In this document: in pieces, positions 47,137 to 57,354 of the stretch
How positions within the stretch are numbered: the first letter of the stretch is position 1
Layout: each line of letters opens with the position of its first letter
From: a virus
DNA length: 64,000 nucleotides
Direction: 5' to 3' (one strand)
Virus record (IMG/VR): IMGVR_UViG_3300027808_000009
Coordinates: 1-64,000 of that record
Notes under the pieces: model-generated
What the model saw: the letters and a program-made list of their open reading frames with translations, nothing else
The model's database searches: none
Told to the model about the DNA's origin: nothing
Position numbers and translations under genes: made by a program

Positions 47137-49890
47137 ATGCAAGTATATAATGCTTTACAGCTTAAAAAAGGAGCCAAAACAGAACACAACAGGTTAGGTA
47201 GTATTACTCAACCATTACAGTTCATACCTAAAAAGGAAAAAGATGATAAGTGGGCTGCTTGGAATCTTGACTGGTTAGAGTGGAATGGTCTTAAACAGAT
47301 TAAAAGAAATGCCCGTAGGTTAATGAAGAACTACAAATTAGCAAAAGGTGTAATTGATAAATCTGATTACATTGTAGAAGAAGACAATGACTACAGAGAT
47401 ATTATTGAGACACTTACTAAAGAAGATGCATCTGCACTTGAGTTAAAGTTTTATCCTATTATCCCAAATGTTATTAATGTTCTTGTAGCTGAGTTTGCTA
47501 AAAGAGCAAGTAAGTTATCATACCGTGCAGTTGATGAAGGTTCCTATAATGAGATGATGGAACAAAAAAGACAAATGGTAGAAGATGTACTTATGTCTGA
47601 TGCAAGTATGAAGATTATTGCTGCAATGGTTGAACAAGGATTAGATCCTGAATCAGAAGAAGCACAACAACAATTAGCACCAGAAAAACTTAAATCATTA
47701 CCAGAGATTGAACAATTCTTTAAAAAAGATTATAGATCTATGGTAGAACAGTGGGCTACTCACCAACATGAAGTAGATGTTGAAAGATTTAGAATGGATG
47801 AGTTAGAAGAAAGAGGCTTCAGAGATATGCTTATTACAGATAGAGAGTTCTGGCACATGCGTATGATGGAAGATGACTATGATGTTGAGTTATGGAATCC
47901 TGTACTTACATTCTATCACAAATCTCCTGATGCAAGATATATATCACAATCTAACTGGGTTGGTAAAACAGACATGCTTACAGTAGCGGATGTTATTGAT
48001 AAGTATGGTTATATGATGAATGAGGATCAGATGGCATCACTTGAAGCTATCTATCCTATTAGATCTGCGGGATATAATATTGGTGGTGTACAAAATGACG
48101 GGTCATTTTATGATGCTACTAAGTCTCATGACTGGAATACTAATATGCCTTCACTTGGTATGCGTCAATATTCTACTGCAGCAGCAAATAGTATTTTCAA
48201 TGGAGGAGATATAGTTAACTATATTCTTAGAGAAGGTGAAGATTATTATGATCAAGGTACTGCATATCTTTTACGTTGTACAACAGCATACTGGAAATCT
48301 CAAAGAAAAGTTGGTCACTTAACTAAAGTTACTGACTCAGGTGAAGTAATAACAGAGATTATTACAGAAGACTATAAAGTAACTGATAATCCTATATATG
48401 ATACAAGACTCTTTAAAAACAAAACTAAAGATAATCTAGTATACGGGGAGCACATAGATTGGATCTGGATTAATGAAGTATGGGGTGGTATTAAAGTTGG
48501 ACCAAATATTCCATCATTCTGGGGTATGAATAATCCTGGTGGATTTACACCGCTATATATTGGTATTGATAAACAAAACATAGGGCCCTTAAGATTTCAA
48601 TTTAAAGGTGATAACTCTATCTATGGATGTAAACTACCTGTAGAGGGTGCAGTATTCTCAGACAGAAATACTAAGTCTACAGCATTAATTGATTTAATGA
48701 AACCATTCCAGATAGGATACAATATTGTAAACAATCAGATAGCGGATATCCTTGTTGACGAACTAGGTACAGTGATACTACTAGATCAGAATGCATTACC
48801 AAGACACTCAATGGGAGAAGATTGGGGTAAGAACAATTTAGCTAAAGCATATGTAGCTATGAAGAATTTTCAGATGCTTCCTTTAGATACCAGTATTACT
48901 AATACAGAGAATGCTTTAAACTTCCAACATTTCCAGAAACTAGATCTAGAACAAACTAGTAGGTTAATGTCAAGGATACAATTAGCTACATATATGAAAC
49001 AACAAGCATATGAAGTTATAGGTATTAATCCACAAAGAATGGGTCAACAACTATCTCAACAAACTGCAACAGGTGTAGAACAAGCTGTAGGTGCATCATA
49101 TGCACAGACTGAAATGTACTTCATGCAACACTCAGATTATTTAATGCCTAGAGTTCATCAGATGAGAACTGACTTAGCTCAATTCTATCACTCAACAAAA
49201 CCATCTTCAAGATTAACTTATGTTACTGCAGCAGATGAAAAAGTAAACTTCCAGATTAATGGTACAGATTTGCTTATGAGAGACTTAAATATATTTGCTA
49301 CAACTAAAGCAAACTATAGAGCAGTACTTGAACAGTTAAAAGGTATGGCTTTAAACAACAATACTACTGGGGCATCTATCTATGACTTAGGTAAATTAGT
49401 ACAATCAGAAAGTATTGCTGAATTAAATACAGTACTTAAAGATTCTGAGCAAAAAATCAAATCACAGAAAGATCAAGAGATGCAACATCAACAACAAATG
49501 CAAGAACAGCAATTACAAGCTAATGCTCAAGCAGAAAAACTTAAAGCTGATCACACAGATCTTCAAGCAGAAAAAGATAGACAAAGAGATATACTTGTTG
49601 CAGAAATTAGAGCTGCAGGATTTGGTGCTACTCAAGATATTAATCAAAATCAAATGTCTGACTTTACTGATAGCATGAGAGATATACAAAAGTCTGATCA
49701 GTTTACAAGTCAGATGAGTTTAGAAAGACAAAAAGAGTCTAATAGACAAGCAAATGATTCTCAAAAAGCACAACTTGAAAGAGAAAAACTACAAGTTCAA
49801 CAATCTATTGCAGATAAACAATTACAAATTGCAAGAGAAAACAAGAACTCATTTGATGTAAAAAGTAAAACTGATAATAAAAAGAAATAA
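47137..49890 (+). CDS. portal protein
   Basis: 917 aa between TerL and scaffold/MCP, with a long Gln/Glu-rich coiled-coil C-terminus typical of podovirus-type portals. Confidence 0.85.
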   Translation: MQVYNALQLKKGAKTEHNRLGSITQPLQFIPKKEKDDKWAAWNLDWLEWNGLKQIKRNARRLMKNYKLAKGVIDKSDYIVEEDNDYRDIIETLTKEDASALELKFYPIIPNVINVLVAEFAKRASKLSYRAVDEGSYNEMMEQKRQMVEDVLMSDASMKIIAAMVEQGLDPESEEAQQQLAPEKLKSLPEIEQFFKKDYRSMVEQWATHQHEVDVERFRMDELEERGFRDMLITDREFWHMRMMEDDYDVELWNPVLTFYHKSPDARYISQSNWVGKTDMLTVADVIDKYGYMMNEDQMASLEAIYPIRSAGYNIGGVQNDGSFYDATKSHDWNTNMPSLGMRQYSTAAANSIFNGGDIVNYILREGEDYYDQGTAYLLRCTTAYWKSQRKVGHLTKVTDSGEVITEIITEDYKVTDNPIYDTRLFKNKTKDNLVYGEHIDWIWINEVWGGIKVGPNIPSFWGMNNPGGFTPLYIGIDKQNIGPLRFQFKGDNSIYGCKLPVEGAVFSDRNTKSTALIDLMKPFQIGYNIVNNQIADILVDELGTVILLDQNALPRHSMGEDWGKNNLAKAYVAMKNFQMLPLDTSITNTENALNFQHFQKLDLEQTSRLMSRIQLATYMKQQAYEVIGINPQRMGQQLSQQTATGVEQAVGASYAQTEMYFMQHSDYLMPRVHQMRTDLAQFYHSTKPSSRLTYVTAADEKVNFQINGTDLLMRDLNIFATTKANYRAVLEQLKGMALNNNTTGASIYDLGKLVQSESIAELNTVLKDSEQKIKSQKDQEMQHQQQMQEQQLQANAQAEKLKADHTDLQAEKDRQRDILVAEIRAAGFGATQDINQNQMSDFTDSMRDIQKSDQFTSQMSLERQKESNRQANDSQKAQLEREKLQVQQSIADKQLQIARENKNSFDVKSKTDNKKK

Positions 49891-50004
49891 CACTTAGCTA
49901 TATAATGCTGAAAATGAAAAAATAAAATCTGCATATTTTAAATTTAAGAAGTTTATTTGTAAAAAAAATAGTTATATTATTTATAGTAACATAAAGACCA
50001 ACAT

Positions 50005-51261
50005 ATGAATACTGATGAGCAAACAACACAAGATAACACTTCCATTTCACAGGTAGATGTAAACTTGGATGAATTATTTGGAATGCCTGGAGCGGATAAC
50101 GTGATGCTACCAGAAGAGGAAGAAGAGAAAAAATCTCTTTTTTCTAAAAATGAAAAACCTGATTATGATTTTCTTGATAGTAAAACTGGTGTAACAAGTA
50201 AACCAGATACTGCAGAGCAAATTATTACTAAGGAAGAGGTTCAAGAAACAATTGATGAATTGGATGGACTTATTGCTCAGGAAGAAGAAGCAGGTAATAA
50301 AGGTAGACCTAAAGTAGATAAGTCAGGTTTATTTGAGTTAGCTTCTAAGATGATTGAAGAAGGTACACTTTTTGGATTTGATGATGACAAAGATCTAGAG
50401 GAGTATACTACTAAAGATTTTAGAGAGTTGTTTGAAGCTAACTTTCAAGAGAAAGAGAGAAAGATTAAAGAAGATGTGCCAAAAGAGTTCTTCAATGCTT
50501 TACCAGATGAATTGAAAACTGCAGCTAAGTATGTAGCAGATGGTGGAACAGATCTTAAAGGTTTATTTAGAACTCTTGCTCAAGTAGAAGAAGTATTTGA
50601 ATTAGATGCAGATGATGAGAATCACCAAGCAGAAATTGCAAGACAATACTTATACGCTACTAACTTTGGTACACCAGAGGAAATAGAGTCAGAGATTGAA
50701 GACTGGGCAGATGTAGATAAGTTAGGGCAAAAAGCTAGACAGTTTAAACCTAAGTTAGACAGAATGCAAGAAGAGATAGTATCTAGAAAACTTGCTGAAC
50801 AGGAAACTAAAAAAGAACAACAAGTTCAAGCAGCTAAAGTATATACTGATAATGTATATAATGTACTTTCAACTGGAGAACTTGATGGAGTAAAACTTGA
50901 CAAGAAAACACAAAACATGTTGTACAGTGGATTAGTTCAACCAAACTATCCTTCAATATCAGGTAAACCTACAAATATGTTAGGTCACCTATTAGAGAAG
51001 TATCAGTTTGTAGAACCAAGACATGATCTTATTGCTGAAGCACTATGGTTATTAGCAGATCCAGAAGGATACAGAGCTAAGATTAAAGACCAAGGCACTA
51101 AGGTGGCAACAGAAAAAACAGTCAGAATGTTAAAAACTGAGGAGGCTAAAAAGATTTCATCTTCTACAGCACCTGATGAAAAACAAACTACAAGAAAAAC
51201 AACTACAAATAACAGCACAATATCAAGATCATCTGGTAGTGGTATGTTTAAAAGATTTTAA
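50005..51261 (+). CDS. capsid scaffolding/assembly protein
   Basis: Highly acidic and helical, directly upstream of the MCP. Confidence 0.65.
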   Translation: MNTDEQTTQDNTSISQVDVNLDELFGMPGADNVMLPEEEEEKKSLFSKNEKPDYDFLDSKTGVTSKPDTAEQIITKEEVQETIDELDGLIAQEEEAGNKGRPKVDKSGLFELASKMIEEGTLFGFDDDKDLEEYTTKDFRELFEANFQEKERKIKEDVPKEFFNALPDELKTAAKYVADGGTDLKGLFRTLAQVEEVFELDADDENHQAEIARQYLYATNFGTPEEIESEIEDWADVDKLGQKARQFKPKLDRMQEEIVSRKLAEQETKKEQQVQAAKVYTDNVYNVLSTGELDGVKLDKKTQNMLYSGLVQPNYPSISGKPTNMLGHLLEKYQFVEPRHDLIAEALWLLADPEGYRAKIKDQGTKVATEKTVRMLKTEEAKKISSSTAPDEKQTTRKTTTNNSTISRSSGSGMFKRF

Positions 51262-51293
51262 AATAAATAATATAAATAAATAAATAAAAACAA

Positions 51294-52910
51294 ATGGCAA
51301 CTCCAGTATTAAATAATGGTATTTTCCTACGTGATACAGCATACAATGCTAGTTCACATGTTGATTCTTACCATTTACAAAACATGCTAAAAGATGCAGA
51401 ACCAATGGATTTAGGTCCAGTAGACTTATGGGCTATGGCTCAAAAAGTTGAAATGCCTTTATATCAGTTGTCTTCTTTTGGTGGAAAAAACGTTATCAAT
51501 GTAGATAACGCACGTGGTGAGTACAAATGGCAAACTCCTGTTTCACAAGATCTTCCTTACATAGTAGAAGATATTGAGCCTAACAACTCAGCTAAAGGTA
51601 TTGAAGGTACAACTTTCAAAATCAAACTTAACAAAAGAGAATTTGGACATGGTGATATCATCACTTATGACAAATACAATGGAGTTGAGATGTACATTAC
51701 TGCTGATGATATCTTACCAATTGGTGACGGATTCATCTATACAGTACAGTTAGTTAACAATGATAACTACAAGTACATTGATAATGCTTATTTAGCTAAT
51801 GGTACTAAAGTATTCCGTAAAGGTTCTGCTAGAGGTGAGTATGGTGAGAGATTCTCAGACATCCAAACTAACACAGGATTCCGTGAATACTATAACTTTG
51901 TTGGTGGTGCTGAAGCTCACGTTCATTACTCTATCTCTTCTAGAGCAGATTTAATGATCAAAGGTGGTATGAATGCAGATGGTACAGTTCCTGTAACTGA
52001 AATCTGGAGATCTCACTTAAAAGGATTAGATCCATCTATTTCATCTTTGGATGATATGGTTAAAGTAATGGGTAAAGACTCAGTTAAAAAAGCATTTGAT
52101 AATGGTGATTTATCAAGAACTTTCTTAACTAACATGGAGGCTGCTCACTTAACTAAGATTGCTTCTGATATTGAGACTTACCTTATGTGGGGTCACGGGG
52201 GTAGAGTACGTCAAGACGGACCAGATGATGTAAGATTATCAGTAGGTTTGTGGAAACAGTTAGATAACTCTTTCAAACGTATCTACAACAAAAACAACTT
52301 TAACTTAGATTTATTCAGAGGAGAGTTATATAACTTCTTCAATGGTAAAGTTGAGTTCCAAGGACCAGATCCTAAACGTCAACTTGTTGTTCAAACAGGT
52401 ATGGGTGGTATGAGAATGGTTAATGAAGCAATTAAACAAGAAGCTATTTCTTCAGGTTTATTGATTCAAGCTGCTGATATTGGTGCTATCACTGGTAAAG
52501 GTATGGACTTAAATTTTGGTTTCTCTTACACTTCTTACGTTATACCATTCTTGGCTAATGTTAAATTTGTATTGAACCCTGCATTTGACAATGTTCACAC
52601 TAATGATATTGAGAACCCTATCATTGATGGTTTCCCATTATCTTCTTACTCATTCATTATCTTTGATATCACAGATAACACTAATGACAACATCTACATG
52701 TTGAAATTATCTTGGGATAATCAATTGAAATGGTGGTACCAAAATGGAACAATGGATTACATGGGTAGATCTCAAGGATTCCAATCTTCTGGACAATTCA
52801 ACGGTTACCGTGTAATGATGTCTCAAACAATGCCAGCTATTTGGGTTAAAGATCCAACTAAAGTATTGAAAATTGTTATGAGAAACCCAATCACAGGTGG
52901 ATCATTCTAA
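51294..52910 (+). CDS. major capsid protein (crAss-like HK97 fold)
   Basis: 538 aa. Segments VVQTGMGG, FVLNPAFD, SSYSFIIFD and KDPTKV correspond to crAss MCP motifs (IKTGERG, VDPFYDD, SYRYDIW, LDPTRT). Followed by a strong terminator. Confidence 0.85.
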   Translation: MATPVLNNGIFLRDTAYNASSHVDSYHLQNMLKDAEPMDLGPVDLWAMAQKVEMPLYQLSSFGGKNVINVDNARGEYKWQTPVSQDLPYIVEDIEPNNSAKGIEGTTFKIKLNKREFGHGDIITYDKYNGVEMYITADDILPIGDGFIYTVQLVNNDNYKYIDNAYLANGTKVFRKGSARGEYGERFSDIQTNTGFREYYNFVGGAEAHVHYSISSRADLMIKGGMNADGTVPVTEIWRSHLKGLDPSISSLDDMVKVMGKDSVKKAFDNGDLSRTFLTNMEAAHLTKIASDIETYLMWGHGGRVRQDGPDDVRLSVGLWKQLDNSFKRIYNKNNFNLDLFRGELYNFFNGKVEFQGPDPKRQLVVQTGMGGMRMVNEAIKQEAISSGLLIQAADIGAITGKGMDLNFGFSYTSYVIPFLANVKFVLNPAFDNVHTNDIENPIIDGFPLSSYSFIIFDITDNTNDNIYMLKLSWDNQLKWWYQNGTMDYMGRSQGFQSSGQFNGYRVMMSQTMPAIWVKDPTKVLKIVMRNPITGGSF

Positions 52911-52928
52911 TATGTCAAACTAGAAAAT

Positions 52929-52962
52929 AAAAAAAGGAGGGGTTAGTTCTCCTCCTTTTTTT
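52929..52962 (+). terminator. intrinsic terminator
   Basis: AAAAGGAGG-ggttagttct-CCTCCTTTT followed by T. Confidence 0.8.
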
Positions 52963-53001
52963 ATATATTTACAATTATAAACATTTTAAAACCAACACAA
53001 A

Positions 53002-54012
53002 ATGGAATTTACACACGTAGAAGTATTTAACACAAACAAGAGTAACAAGATCTCAATCAAACCTTACTTTGACAATTCAATGTCAAACATGGGATTAGAA
53101 CATTATGGCCAATCATTATTTGATGGTGTAAAACATTATGAGCAACTTGCTTGTTTAGAGCAAAATGGAGTAGTAAGATATGTAACAGGATTGAATGAAT
53201 TTGCTCCTGAGATTAGATTATTACCAGCAGAAGAAAAAGCTGCAAAATCAAGAGAAATCAGAATTGCCGTTGCTGAACTAGAGAAAGAACTAGCAGCTAA
53301 TGTATTGGATGTAGAGAGTCCAACATTCTGGAATGAGGTAAAATTGCTTAAACCAGATAACAAAGAATTCTGGAATAAGATTACAATGTCATGTGGTAAT
53401 GATCCAGTATTTCTAGATCCTGCAAATCCATATGATAGAATAAAACTATATGCTGTTGAAGCTGGTGGATTCTCACTTATATCAAGAAGTTATGATGATG
53501 CAAGATCAAAAGCAGTACCGCCAAAATTTTACTTGGATAAAGTAACTGAAACAAGTGGTATTAAAACTGAATACAAAAAACTTAAAAATAAAGCACTTGC
53601 TGAATTACAAAAACTATTTGATAAAAATAGTACTAAGTTATTCTATATTGCTAAGTCTGTTGATACAGCTAGTGTACAGTATAAAAAACATACACCTAAT
53701 GATGTTATCTATGACAACATGGATAGACATATTAATGGTGAAGGTACAGAAGGTAATAAAGAAAGAGCTGCAAAAGGTTTCTTAGAAGCTGCTGCTTTAG
53801 ACATGGAGTCATTAAAAATCAAAGCAATTGTTAAAGATTCCATATTTTTTAAGTATATTATAAATAAGGCAGATGGTTATATTTATCATGCTAAGTCTAA
53901 TAGCTTACTTGGTAGAAATGTATCAGATGTAATTGAGTTTTTGAAAAGTCCTTTAAATGAGGATGTTTTAAAAGACTTAAACGCACAGGTTGAAAAACTG
54001 TGGAATATGTAA
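53002..54012 (+). CDS. conserved hypothetical (probable virion) protein
   Basis: 336 aa, directly after the MCP. Confidence 0.7.
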   Translation: MEFTHVEVFNTNKSNKISIKPYFDNSMSNMGLEHYGQSLFDGVKHYEQLACLEQNGVVRYVTGLNEFAPEIRLLPAEEKAAKSREIRIAVAELEKELAANVLDVESPTFWNEVKLLKPDNKEFWNKITMSCGNDPVFLDPANPYDRIKLYAVEAGGFSLISRSYDDARSKAVPPKFYLDKVTETSGIKTEYKKLKNKALAELQKLFDKNSTKLFYIAKSVDTASVQYKKHTPNDVIYDNMDRHINGEGTEGNKERAAKGFLEAAALDMESLKIKAIVKDSIFFKYIINKADGYIYHAKSNSLLGRNVSDVIEFLKSPLNEDVLKDLNAQVEKLWNM

Positions 54013-54022
54013 ATAACTCTAG

Positions 54023-54052
54023 AGTATACCAGTAATGCTGGTATACTTTTTT
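54023..54052 (+). terminator. intrinsic terminator
   Basis: AGTATACCAG-taatg-CTGGTATACT followed by a T run. Confidence 0.75.
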
Positions 54053-54065
54053 AAAACTATATATC

Positions 54066-54236
54066 ATGGCTAACGCAAAAGTAAACGCACAAAAAGTTGC
54101 AACAGGGAGAGTAGGTGGAACCAACGCTCCAGTATATGCATTAAAAAATGCAGGTGGAAAAACACCAGGTAAAGTTAACAAACCACAAGCTTCACCTAAA
54201 ATGAAAATGGGTGGTAGTAAAGGTAAAAAATGTTAA
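54066..54236 (+). CDS. 56-aa basic protein with MKMGG (not in the ORF track)
   Basis: MANAKVNAQKVATGRVGGTNAPVYALKNAGGKTPGKVNKPQASPKMKMGGSKGKKC. Confidence 0.7.
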   Translation: MANAKVNAQKVATGRVGGTNAPVYALKNAGGKTPGKVNKPQASPKMKMGGSKGKKC

Positions 54237-54247
54237 TCTGAAAGATC

Positions 54248-55537
54248 ATGGCTAGTAAAATTAATCCTAAAGGTATTTCAAACCTTAAACCAAAAGGACC
54301 AAATCCAAAGGGTATAAATAAAGTATCTCCTGCAGCAAAAATTAATCCAAAAGGTATTAACCCAAATGGTATTAATCAAACTAGACCTGGAGTTAATTCT
54401 GGTGGAATTAATCCTGGTGGAATAAACCCATCTTCATCTAACAGAACTAGTAAACCTGTAAAATCTATGCAAAAACCTGTTAGGTCAAGTGCTAAACCAG
54501 TACGCTCAGGATCTACATCTTCTACTAAAGCACCAGCTCCAAAAGCAACTACCGTTACAAAAACAGAACCTTTATCTTCTAAAACTGCAAATAGAACTAG
54601 TAGACCAGTAAGATCAGGAGCAAAACCAGTACGTACAGGAAGTAAACCAGTTAGAACAGGAAGTAAACAAATCAAGACTGGTAAAGGTACAAGTTTTAAA
54701 TCAGCACCAAAACCAGTTTCAGGTTCAACATCAGTAGCACCAAAATCTAATGTAGGAAGTGGAATTAGTAAATTAAAGGGTGCAGCTGGAAAATTAAAAG
54801 GTGTTGCAGGTAAAGCAGCAGGTGCCGCAGCATTAGTACAACTTGGTTCAATGGTTTATAATGATGTCAATGAACGTTCAAAAGCAATGTTTAAAAGAGT
54901 AAAAGCTAAAGAAGAAAAAGCTAAAAAAGATAAAAAAGCTAATGATAATAATAATGCTGATAAAAGTAAAGTTGCTGGAAAAGATAAATGGGGAAGATCT
55001 CCATCAGATAAATGGTATGGATTTAATCCAGAAAAGAAAAAGTATGAAGCTCCAACAGTAAAGAAAGAAGATAATAAAAAATCTGATACTAAAGTTGAAG
55101 TTAAAAAACCTGTTGTAACTCCAAAAGTTACTACACCAAAAACTACAACTCCTGCAGTTAAAAAAGCTGAACCAGTTGGTACATTAGCTCCTAAGTCTAC
55201 TTCAACAATTGCTAGTAAATCATTAGAAGAAGCTAAAACAGTTACACCAGCTAAAACTACTACTACCACTACTCCTGCAAGTACAACAGCTACTACAAGT
55301 TCAACTAGTACATCTAGTACAACTTCTCCAACAGTAACAGGTATGCAACCGAGAGCTACAATTGGAAATAAGATTAGAGGTATGTTAAATGAGAGTAGAG
55401 AAAGAAGAGCAGGAAGAGCTGCTTCAAGGGGTAATGAAGATAGATCAGAAAGACTAAAAGAAAAGATTTCTGCTACAGAGAAAAAAATGATGATGAAAAA
55501 AGGTGGTGTAGTTAAATATAAATCTAAAAAGAAATAA
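54248..55537 (+). CDS. Lys/Pro/Thr-rich low-complexity basic protein
   Basis: INPKGI and KPVR(S/T)G repeats. Ends MKKGGVVKYKSKKK. Confidence 0.75.
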   Translation: MASKINPKGISNLKPKGPNPKGINKVSPAAKINPKGINPNGINQTRPGVNSGGINPGGINPSSSNRTSKPVKSMQKPVRSSAKPVRSGSTSSTKAPAPKATTVTKTEPLSSKTANRTSRPVRSGAKPVRTGSKPVRTGSKQIKTGKGTSFKSAPKPVSGSTSVAPKSNVGSGISKLKGAAGKLKGVAGKAAGAAALVQLGSMVYNDVNERSKAMFKRVKAKEEKAKKDKKANDNNNADKSKVAGKDKWGRSPSDKWYGFNPEKKKYEAPTVKKEDNKKSDTKVEVKKPVVTPKVTTPKTTTPAVKKAEPVGTLAPKSTSTIASKSLEEAKTVTPAKTTTTTTPASTTATTSSTSTSSTTSPTVTGMQPRATIGNKIRGMLNESRERRAGRAASRGNEDRSERLKEKISATEKKMMMKKGGVVKYKSKKK

Positions 55538-55539
55538 TC

Positions 55540-56055
55540 ATGAAAAAGTTAGGATGCGCAAAATGCGGTGGTACTAAAAAAATGAAACTCGGTGGTACTA
55601 ATAATGTTAATATTAGTAAACCAGGTGCAGGTTTTGCAAAAGAAACCAAAGGTGATACTAATCAAAAGATGGGTATTTATGGTATTGCTCAAACTGGCCC
55701 AACTGGTCCAAATAATTCTGGTATTGCTACCATGAAAAAAGGTGGTACTAAAAAAGAACATCCAATTACTACTTTTAGAAAAGCTAATGATGCTAGAAAT
55801 GCAATGGTAATGAAATCTTTACCTAAAGCAAAAGACGGTGTGTCAACTCTTGCTACTGAATTATATGGTACGAAAAAAGAAACTATTGGTAAAAATGTAA
55901 ATACCAATAGAGTACTTGATAATAAAGGTAGAATAATAGGTTCTAGACCTACAAAAATGTCTACAAGTTCTAAAATTTCAGGTAATAACTCTAATGTTAC
56001 TAATACTCCTCTTTTTAAAAAGAAAGGTGGAGTAGTTAAATCTAAAAAGAAATAG
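55540..56055 (+). CDS. basic protein with MKLGG, MKKGG and KKKGG
   Basis: Its C-terminus KKGGVVKSKKK is nearly identical to that of the previous gene. Confidence 0.75.
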   Translation: MKKLGCAKCGGTKKMKLGGTNNVNISKPGAGFAKETKGDTNQKMGIYGIAQTGPTGPNNSGIATMKKGGTKKEHPITTFRKANDARNAMVMKSLPKAKDGVSTLATELYGTKKETIGKNVNTNRVLDNKGRIIGSRPTKMSTSSKISGNNSNVTNTPLFKKKGGVVKSKKK

Positions 56056-56057
56056 TC

Positions 56058-56435
56058 ATGGCAACTACTAATAGAGCAGTTAAAACATCTTGCAAAAATA
56101 CTAAAGTAAGAACAGCTGCAGGTGCATGTGCTCCTGAAAGAAAACCTATGATGAAATCTGGTGGAACTAGTCCATTTGGTATTCTATCTATTATAGCTGG
56201 TATAGATAATAATCCTGGTAAATCTAAAGCAGATAGAATCGCTGGTGCAAAAATGAACAATAAGACAATGAAAGCTGGAGGTACTACACATCCAGGTTTC
56301 AAATCTGTACAATCTAAGATTGCTGCTAAACAAGGTGTAAGTAAACAAGCTGCTGGAGCTATACTAGCTTCATCAACTAGAAAAGCTAGTGCTAAAGCTA
56401 AATCTGCTAATCCTAGACTTAAAAAAGTAAAATAA
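56058..56435 (+). CDS. basic protein with MKSGG and MKAGG
   Basis: Also contains the common phage motif GFKSVQSKIAAKQGVS...AGAILASSTRKAS. Confidence 0.75.
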   Translation: MATTNRAVKTSCKNTKVRTAAGACAPERKPMMKSGGTSPFGILSIIAGIDNNPGKSKADRIAGAKMNNKTMKAGGTTHPGFKSVQSKIAAKQGVSKQAAGAILASSTRKASAKAKSANPRLKKVK

Positions 56436-56440
56436 TTGTT

Positions 56441-56779
56441 ATGCCAAAAGATGCTTGTTATAGTAAAGTAAAATCTTCTTATGCTGTGTTTCCATCAGCA
56501 AGAGCTTCTCAAGCTATTGCTAAATGTAGGAAAGGTTCAGGTACTGTTAGAAAAACAGAAGCTGGTACTAAACTTAAAAGATGGCAAGCAGAAAAGTGGC
56601 AAGATACAAAATCAGGAAAAGCTTGTGGGGCTGGTGGTAAAAATGAATACTGCCGGCCAACTAAGAAAGTATCTAAGGATACACCTAAAACTAAGTATGA
56701 ACTTACTCCTTCTAAACTAGCTGCAAAGAAAGCTGAAAAGTCTAAAGTAGGTATGGGTAGAAGAGTTAAAAATGTATAG
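56441..56779 (+). CDS. basic Cys-containing phage protein (DUF5872-like)
   Basis: DACYSKVK...FPSA.AS..IAKCRK and LKRW..EKW.D..GK.CG....CRP.KKVS..TPKT. Confidence 0.65.
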   Translation: MPKDACYSKVKSSYAVFPSARASQAIAKCRKGSGTVRKTEAGTKLKRWQAEKWQDTKSGKACGAGGKNEYCRPTKKVSKDTPKTKYELTPSKLAAKKAEKSKVGMGRRVKNV

Positions 56780-56781
56780 TT

Positions 56782-57342
56782 ATGGCAACTAAAGTTAAAC
56801 TTACTACAGGTACTGAAAAGCATGTAGTATATAAAAAGACTACTAAAAGAGGTGAAGGTAAAGTTGGTGATATCATGGTGAATCATACAAATAAAAATAA
56901 AGGTTCATATGATACTATTAGCTTAACTAGAACAGCAAATGCTAAAACTGTTAAGCAAGGTGTTAAAGCTGAAAAGGATTGGCATAAGCAAAATGATAAA
57001 ATACCTAAAGGTTCTCATAAAATGCCTGATGGTACTATTATGAAAAATAGTGCACATAAAATGAAGACTGGAGGAACTACTGCAGCTTGGACACGCAAGG
57101 AAGGTAAAAATCAAACAGGTGGTTTAAATGCTAAAGGAGTAGCTTCTTATAGAGCTGCTAATCCTGGTAGTAAACTTAAGATGGCTGTTACAACTAAACC
57201 TTCTAAACTTAATCCTGATAGCAAAGATGCTAAGAGACGTAAAAGTTTTTGTGCAAGAATGTCAGGGATGCCAGGTCCTGCTAAAAAACCAAATGGAGAA
57301 CCAACAAGAAAAACTCTTGCTTTAAGAAAGTGGAACTGTTAA
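56782..57342 (+). CDS. basic protein with a DUF6321-like C-terminal domain
   Basis: HKMPDG..M...H, then MKTGG, then GGLNAKG.ASY...RRKSFCARM...RKWNC. Confidence 0.7.
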   Translation: MATKVKLTTGTEKHVVYKKTTKRGEGKVGDIMVNHTNKNKGSYDTISLTRTANAKTVKQGVKAEKDWHKQNDKIPKGSHKMPDGTIMKNSAHKMKTGGTTAAWTRKEGKNQTGGLNAKGVASYRAANPGSKLKMAVTTKPSKLNPDSKDAKRRKSFCARMSGMPGPAKKPNGEPTRKTLALRKWNC

Positions 57343-57354
57343 AATAAATAACAA

